A program made the position numbers and the translations under genes. A stretch of DNA of 64,000 nucleotides, taken from NCBI GenBank assembly GCA_965222115.1, contig CBDCTJ010000007.1:1536001-1600000 (forward strand), written 5' to 3'. Below are positions 59,801 to 64,000 of the stretch, piece by piece. The notes under the pieces were generated by a model, which worked only from the letters and a program-made list of their open reading frames with translations, searched no databases and had not been told where the DNA came from. The DNA comes from Planctomycetota bacterium. Lineage in GTDB: Bacteria; Planctomycetota; PLA2; JAEUHO01. Position 1 is the first letter of the stretch. Each line of letters begins with the position of its first letter.

Positions 59801-59989
59801 GCGCGCAATCGACTTCGCTGATTGCTCGCGAGTTCGTGTGTCATTCGACTCAAACTGCAAGAGCAGCGCCTGCAACTTGGCGTGTGCCGCATTCTTGGCC
59901 GCAGCCTCGTCTTCCTTTGCCCACACAGTCCCGGTTGTCGAAACTGTGAGCACCCCAAACATCACCAAGCACGCGACTACACGCTTCAT
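56882..59989 (-). CDS. Large exported hypothetical protein with HEAT-like repeats (about 1035 aa)
   Basis: GGAGG RBS at 60002-59998, signal peptide MKRVVACLVMFGVLTVSTTGTVWA, HEAT-like VRLALAWAL and AVPALIEALED. Confidence 0.75.
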   Translation of the reverse strand: MKRVVACLVMFGVLTVSTTGTVWAKEDEAAAKNAAHAKLQALLLQFESNDTRTREQSAKSIAREHYAPDQLVPWLTKQLTSEKDFHVRLALAWALAEQGERRGLKILIDSLNVTGHLGWSYLRDVSGKRFGGSGEGWNRPAWDEWYTNLKADEWRENRRKVHALRFPVDADEAGLQRAIAWWKTTGLPDVSSIPMVKVTHASRVAGDDGPGDVVHGFVVSETPTHTTVFDVMMRRAKFPKQLPGSSRYPRIESLAIDREIAKPLARLEHSAKKTKNNPFMDFAFADFNRRRGFLIAMALYGRGQKQLALRIWKHVGSIDIRFHAGYGTWSVVEQLRSGVIHRLHTSWQHDLVREHKTWRESLKALEDLQRRMQVDYSQDVETLRAMAAEEVHYKLPDLGAVQGATLDPKTLVRALPNVQRWCVGKLFLSDRFTIHNRIVEGRQAPVTHLKRLGYEAVPALIEALEDTRFTRVAIQDRRWKTWHPFQFRVVRVNELAHALLEHIAGRKFVETPRIEFDVNIRRVDDTSPTPREIVEHWWKSAKKKGEAAVLIDGIRAGTSASVKQAERLALRFPKQALDPIRDAIAASKGPLRASALTRALAPIRTKEASALLRSLARKGDAAPRLAAAETLLARDDVSGLNAILPDWYTLASDTLTVSFVSLGPAKQGVEPRELIRFMCKADPQRSLRRMKESIEKASPALCAYVAREIAVRDNSEAPLSPETTPNHILFSDVFVPEQTSMLLEALLVQMLRDRRIITSHTGPSNMRHLDPKRVGDLAAKRLGLLWPNRYLYDETAYMASSLTTRYRFLNTWRKANNLEAVAVPTRPKPKPVSGQRVKAALQHWQRASDDKERSRAEGVLVRLGLGVIPVLRQVKAPTSSEAEQLDWLIRRLSCIVHDVHWETPGASPSDKLKQLTESLIGQPLRGKDVLSVLQHVAVNRTRVVAGVSIIASRDTDGTGVTLGLRLIEGQTSTVAGKGRWALRSGSGVEFVDDEFLKDTSSWWHEARAPQLDELMLAPIDRAWRIERTLLPGNQR

Positions 59990-60002
59990 CGTCAAGACCT
60001 CC

Positions 60003-60076
60003 ATGCGCCCAATAAACCAGGCTTTCTTGACGCAATTGTCACCGTGCGCCACAAAAGCCTGGCATTTGTGGCGCGT
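60003..60076. repeat. Two further copies (B, C) of the 33-bp palindrome
   Basis: 60003-60035 ATGCGCCCAATAAACCAGGCTTTCTTGACGCAA (25/33 to A) and 60044-60076 GTGCGCCACAAAAGCCTGGCATTTGTGGCGCGT (26/33 to A). Confidence 0.65.
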
Positions 60077-60219
60077 ACCCCGTGGAGAGGGGGAAGTTGC
60101 GGAGAAGTGGGATAGGTGTTTGACGGATTGGGCGGGCAACTCTTAGGGACTGGTTGGGTTTCAAAACGCAACATCGAACGGCGAACCGGCCGCGACGATC
60201 CCGCGAAAGGAACAGTCCC

Positions 60220-60927
60220 ATGAAAAATCAACGAGAACCTCGAACAACTCGCACGCTACGCATTGGCGTTGCAGCAGGAGCAGCACTCGCTCTTGCGCTC
60301 CTAACGGTAGCTCCCACGTCTGCTTCGGCGGAAGAGGGTGCGCGCAAGGGCAAGCGCGGACGCGCTGGCAAGTGCCACAAGCGTCCCTTCAAGAAACTTG
60401 ATACGAATGGTGATGGCGTTCTCACGAAAGATGAGGTGCCCGAGCGTGCTTGGAAGCGTCTCGCCAAAGCCGACAAAGACGGCGACGGAAGTGTGAGTCG
60501 CGAGGAAGCGCGCGCGGCCGGCAAGAAGCGCCGTGCCAAACGTGGTAAGCGTGGCAAGCGACGTGCGCGTCGAGGGCACATGCGCCGTCGGCTCAAGCAA
60601 GCCGACACGAATGGCGATGGCGCGATTGGCAAGGACGAAGTATCGGCCGAGGCATGGACACGATTGGCCGCACTGGACACGGACGGCGACCTTGTTGTTA
60701 CCCGTGCAGAAGTTCGCGCCAAGGCGAAGGAACGCGCAGAAGCACGTTTCGCCAAGAAGGATGCGAATGGCGACGGTGCACTGAGCGAAGATGAAGTCGG
60801 CGAGCGGTTGTGGAAGCGCATCGCTCGTGCCGACAGCAATGCCGATGGCGTCGTCACGCTTGACGAGCTCCGTGAGGCCCGCAAGGCCCGTCGTGCGAAG
60901 CGCAAGGCGTCACGCGACGCCAAGTAA
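60220..60927 (+). CDS. Exported EF-hand protein
   Basis: Signal peptide, six DxN/DGDG-type loops in three pairs, Arg/Lys-rich linkers. Confidence 0.85.
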   Translation: MKNQREPRTTRTLRIGVAAGAALALALLTVAPTSASAEEGARKGKRGRAGKCHKRPFKKLDTNGDGVLTKDEVPERAWKRLAKADKDGDGSVSREEARAAGKKRRAKRGKRGKRRARRGHMRRRLKQADTNGDGAIGKDEVSAEAWTRLAALDTDGDLVVTRAEVRAKAKERAEARFAKKDANGDGALSEDEVGERLWKRIARADSNADGVVTLDELREARKARRAKRKASRDAK

Positions 60928-60932
60928 CGCTG

Positions 60933-62180
60933 TTACACGTCTTCTGATTCGACAGGGTTGGATTCGATAGTGACGGGTTCGCTTGATGGTGCCGGTACGG
61001 CGGGTGTGGCCATGCGTGTCATGCCCGCCGCTTCCAGAGCACCCATCTTACGCTCGTAGTCGGCAGCTTCATTCGTTCCGATGAAGGCTTTGGATGCTGC
61101 GTACTGCCGACTCAAGCCAGCCAGCATGTAGTCAGAGGCAACGGCCATCGTGAGTAATAAGTTGGCGCCTGCCAAGACGAAGAAGTTGAGCGCCGAAAGA
61201 AAGTCGATGCCCTCCATGCTAAATACGTAGATCGCTATCAACACGACGCCAAGTCCGCTAAACACCATGGATATAAATCCAGCGGATTGAACGCTACGAA
61301 TCGCTTCATCTTTGCTGTGAACACGAACCAAATCGCGCGCACGGATTAGGTAGATACCCGCACTCAGCAGTAGGCAAAGTAGCCCCAACATGATTGTCCA
61401 CTTGCCCTCAAGCTGAATCATAGTGGAGAACATGATGAGCAGCATCATCATAAAGACTGGCGCCGCCAGCACAGTGACATAGGCGGGCGTTGGGCTTTCG
61501 TGAAACATGGTTTTGAGCATCATCCCCGCTCGCATGAGGCCAGGGAAGATCGACACAAGCTTCGGTGCCAGTGCGAAGAACACTTGTAGACTAAATAGGA
61601 ATGCAAGCGTCTTTGTCATCATCTCTGCTTTCGGACCAAGATGCGTAAAGTCGAGTAGCGAAGACCAGGGAATCACGCACAGTGCGAGAGGCGTAATCAA
61701 GGACACGAAGAAAGCGCTCCGCGCGAGGCGTCTCGAAGCGGCAACGTGGAGCCACTTCCATGCGGCAAGCACAACCAAAATAGCGATCGCCACGGCCGCG
61801 AGTGCGGAAACGACGTTCCATATTTCAAGCGTTGAGAGATTTCCATCTCCGACGTTTGCTACAACATTTCGGCGCACGTGCTCGATTTGTTCGGCCGATA
61901 GTTCTCCGTTTGCACTTTGCTCTTCAACGGCACCGTCTGTCATGATTGACTCGAACGACGAGTAGTTGACGAGCAGAAATATGGCGTGGAGAACAAAGAG
62001 GACGGCCGCTAAGAGAAGGAGTGATCGCCGCCACACGACATAGTCTTGCACGTGGGGCTCTTCGATGGGCGGGTCAAGTTTGCTAAGCGTCGAGCGTTCC
62101 CCGTCCACCGCCATGGGCGTAAAGAATTCGCCTTGCGTCACTCGCCGAATTGCCAATTCGAAGTCCTTTCCGGAAGCCAT
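60933..62180 (-). CDS. Polytopic hypothetical membrane protein
   Basis: About 8 hydrophobic segments. No family motif recognised. Confidence 0.7.
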   Translation of the reverse strand: MASGKDFELAIRRVTQGEFFTPMAVDGERSTLSKLDPPIEEPHVQDYVVWRRSLLLLAAVLFVLHAIFLLVNYSSFESIMTDGAVEEQSANGELSAEQIEHVRRNVVANVGDGNLSTLEIWNVVSALAAVAIAILVVLAAWKWLHVAASRRLARSAFFVSLITPLALCVIPWSSLLDFTHLGPKAEMMTKTLAFLFSLQVFFALAPKLVSIFPGLMRAGMMLKTMFHESPTPAYVTVLAAPVFMMMLLIMFSTMIQLEGKWTIMLGLLCLLLSAGIYLIRARDLVRVHSKDEAIRSVQSAGFISMVFSGLGVVLIAIYVFSMEGIDFLSALNFFVLAGANLLLTMAVASDYMLAGLSRQYAASKAFIGTNEAADYERKMGALEAAGMTRMATPAVPAPSSEPVTIESNPVESEDV

Positions 62181-62238
62181 AGCTAGTTACCCTTCGCCAA
62201 CGAAACGCTGCGCACATGTCTACGCATCGACCGTGAGT

Positions 62239-62931
62239 TTACTTGGGGCCGTTCACGGGACGCATCGCAATCATCCGCATCATGCTGGGGGGCAGCCCGT
62301 CATCATCGTTTTCGATAGTGAAGTGCTCGCGTGCGATGGTTGTCAAATCTCCCAGCCCCGAGAGCTCATCGGGATGAAGCGGCCATGGTGGACCCTCTGG
62401 AGGCGCAACATCGGCACGTACGCGTGTGGCCAATGCGAGATAGCCGCCGGGTGAGAGCAGTGAACGAACGCAAGCCACGGCGCGCTCTCGCATACCCACC
62501 GGTATAGCCTGCAACGTATAGACCTCGAACACCAGGTCGAAGGCGCCGGCCCATGCATCGGGAAGTTCGAACAGGTCTTCAACCCGGTAGTTGACCTGTG
62601 AATCGGGAAAGCGCTCACGGCACCAATCGATGGCCGTAGCAGATACATCGAATGCGGTCACCGACCAGCCGTGTGCCGCAAGGTGTTCGGCATCGTCGCC
62701 GAGTCCGCAGCCAATCACGATGGCTTCGCCGGGCGCAACGCCTTCGAGTTGCTCAAATATCCAGGGAAATAGATGCCGACTTGGGCCCAAGTCAGCCCAC
62801 GGAATCCCATCGGGATTGCCGTTTGCCCTAGCATAGAGTTCCTCAAACCATCCCAGCGCGTCATCCTCGGCGATGGCGCGATGGGCGAGATCGCGTGCCT
62901 CGTTGCGGGCGGGGTCGTGTTCGTCTGCCAC
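62239..62931 (-). CDS. Class I SAM-dependent methyltransferase (TPMT-like)
   Basis: IPWA, VIGCGLGDDAE, AFDVSATAI, FDLVFEVYTLQA, GPPWPL. Confidence 0.88.
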   Translation of the reverse strand: MADEHDPARNEARDLAHRAIAEDDALGWFEELYARANGNPDGIPWADLGPSRHLFPWIFEQLEGVAPGEAIVIGCGLGDDAEHLAAHGWSVTAFDVSATAIDWCRERFPDSQVNYRVEDLFELPDAWAGAFDLVFEVYTLQAIPVGMRERAVACVRSLLSPGGYLALATRVRADVAPPEGPPWPLHPDELSGLGDLTTIAREHFTIENDDDGLPPSMMRMIAMRPVNGPK

Positions 62932-63998
62932 TACTTAGATTCGTCCTTCGGTTCTTGAAATAGCACATCAATGTCACTGCGCCCGCGCAGCGACTCGAAT
63001 GCGGGGTCGACGCGCGCAGTCTCTCGCAAGTCGGGGCTCTCGGTGAGCGCGCGCACCACGTGGTCGCCTGCTGCGCCCTTCTTGTTTAGCCCAATTAGCG
63101 CCTTTGCTAGTGCCAAGCGTGCTCCGCCGTTGGTCGGATCTTCTTCAACGACCTTTGCAAGCAGGCGTTCGGCTTGTTGCCACTGCTTCGCGGCCAACAT
63201 CTCCGCGCCCAGCAGCATGTGCCCCTGATGGAAGTAGTTGCGCGCCAACTTGGCGTCGAAGCGTGCCGCGGCCTTGGCCGCCGAGATCAGCCAGTCGGCG
63301 CGCTTCGCACTCGGCACCACCGATTGTCCGCGGTCATCCGTTATCGTTGTGAGCACAAGCAGTGCGCGCCACCACGCCACGCTCCGCCGAAAGCGTCGTT
63401 CTTTGCTCAGTTCCGTTGCTCGAGAGGCTACGCGATCCGGATGAAACCACCCGGCCAATGACAATGCCGCCAGTCGAATGGTTGCAGCCCGAAAGGCGCG
63501 ATCTGCCCCTTGGGTATCGAGCTTGGGCCTCTCGATGGACACCTCTTTGCGTGCTGCTTCGATGCGCGCTTCGCCGATATCAAGGAAGCGTGTAGCCTCG
63601 CGCTCTATACTCCCGCACACGCGTCGGTCTTTCTCAAGACCCAGTTGCAAAATGCCCGCCAGCATGGGTTCCGAGGCCCGCCCCTCGGTTTCTGCCAATC
63701 GAAACGACTCAACGACGATCTCGGTGGGGGCGTCGGGACTCTCGACGCCGAGTCGTTTGAGGGCCTCGCGTAGGCGTCCGCCCGCCTTCTCTACATTCTC
63801 CTTTCCACCGCTGCGGCGCAACTGGCGTGCGTCCGCCACGAGGTTTTCAAATCGCTCGGGCGCAAGGGCGCGCGCACGGTTGTACGCCATCAAAACGTCT
63901 GCCGATGGGTTCGCTTCGGGTGGATCGCCCGGTACGGGTTCCGGCCCGAGTTCAAGATGGGCAAGTCGAATCGCAACGTCGAAACGCGTGGGGTCGTG
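62931..63998 (-). CDS. TPR-containing protein, 5'-truncated by the window edge
   Basis: Frame is open to the window end. C-terminal TPR and ARVDPAFESLR motif. Confidence 0.65.
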   Translation of the reverse strand, partial: HDPTRFDVAIRLAHLELGPEPVPGDPPEANPSADVLMAYNRARALAPERFENLVADARQLRRSGGKENVEKAGGRLREALKRLGVESPDAPTEIVVESFRLAETEGRASEPMLAGILQLGLEKDRRVCGSIEREATRFLDIGEARIEAARKEVSIERPKLDTQGADRAFRAATIRLAALSLAGWFHPDRVASRATELSKERRFRRSVAWWRALLVLTTITDDRGQSVVPSAKRADWLISAAKAAARFDAKLARNYFHQGHMLLGAEMLAAKQWQQAERLLAKVVEEDPTNGGARLALAKALIGLNKKGAAGDHVVRALTESPDLRETARVDPAFESLRGRSDIDVLFQEPKDESK

Positions 63999-64000
63999 TT

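Noticed and set aside
60228-60923. 231-aa antisense ORF over the EF-hand gene
   Set aside because: Shadow frame of a repetitive GC-rich gene.
1-64000. CRISPR array, rRNA or intact IS transposase
   Set aside because: No regularly spaced repeat-spacer array, rRNA-like tract or transposase motif was found. The 27-bp and 33-bp repeats are too few and too irregularly spaced to be CRISPR.

Overview
A GC-rich bacterial chromosomal window, probably from a Planctomycetota-type organism (inferred from the many exported TPR/HEAT, DUF4388-PEGA-propeller and VWA proteins). In order it holds: the end of a BatA/VWA/giant-TPR operon; a beta-CASP metallo-hydrolase; a complete haem biosynthesis cluster in two convergent operons; an accessory region with SRAP, GNAT, REP-like repeats and an Rhs toxin/immunity locus next to tRNA-Lys(TTT); then housekeeping genes (fur/perR-like, purC, aroA, ferritin-like, ppk2, ispF, cyclophilin) mixed with exported HEAT/TPR/EF-hand proteins. 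The strongest novelty candidates are: (1) a 4-TM, two-His leader protein ending in an RGPP arrest-type motif, followed by a long hairpin, directly upstream of the haem operon; (2) a ferrochelatase fused to a divergent glutamyl-tRNA reductase, i.e. the last and first haem enzymes; (3) 33-bp palindromes that bracket one gene from RBS to stop codon; (4) 27-bp repeats organising the Rhs region; (5) HEAT proteins carrying a secretin-like hairpin segment. All calls come from reading motifs by eye; no database search was run.
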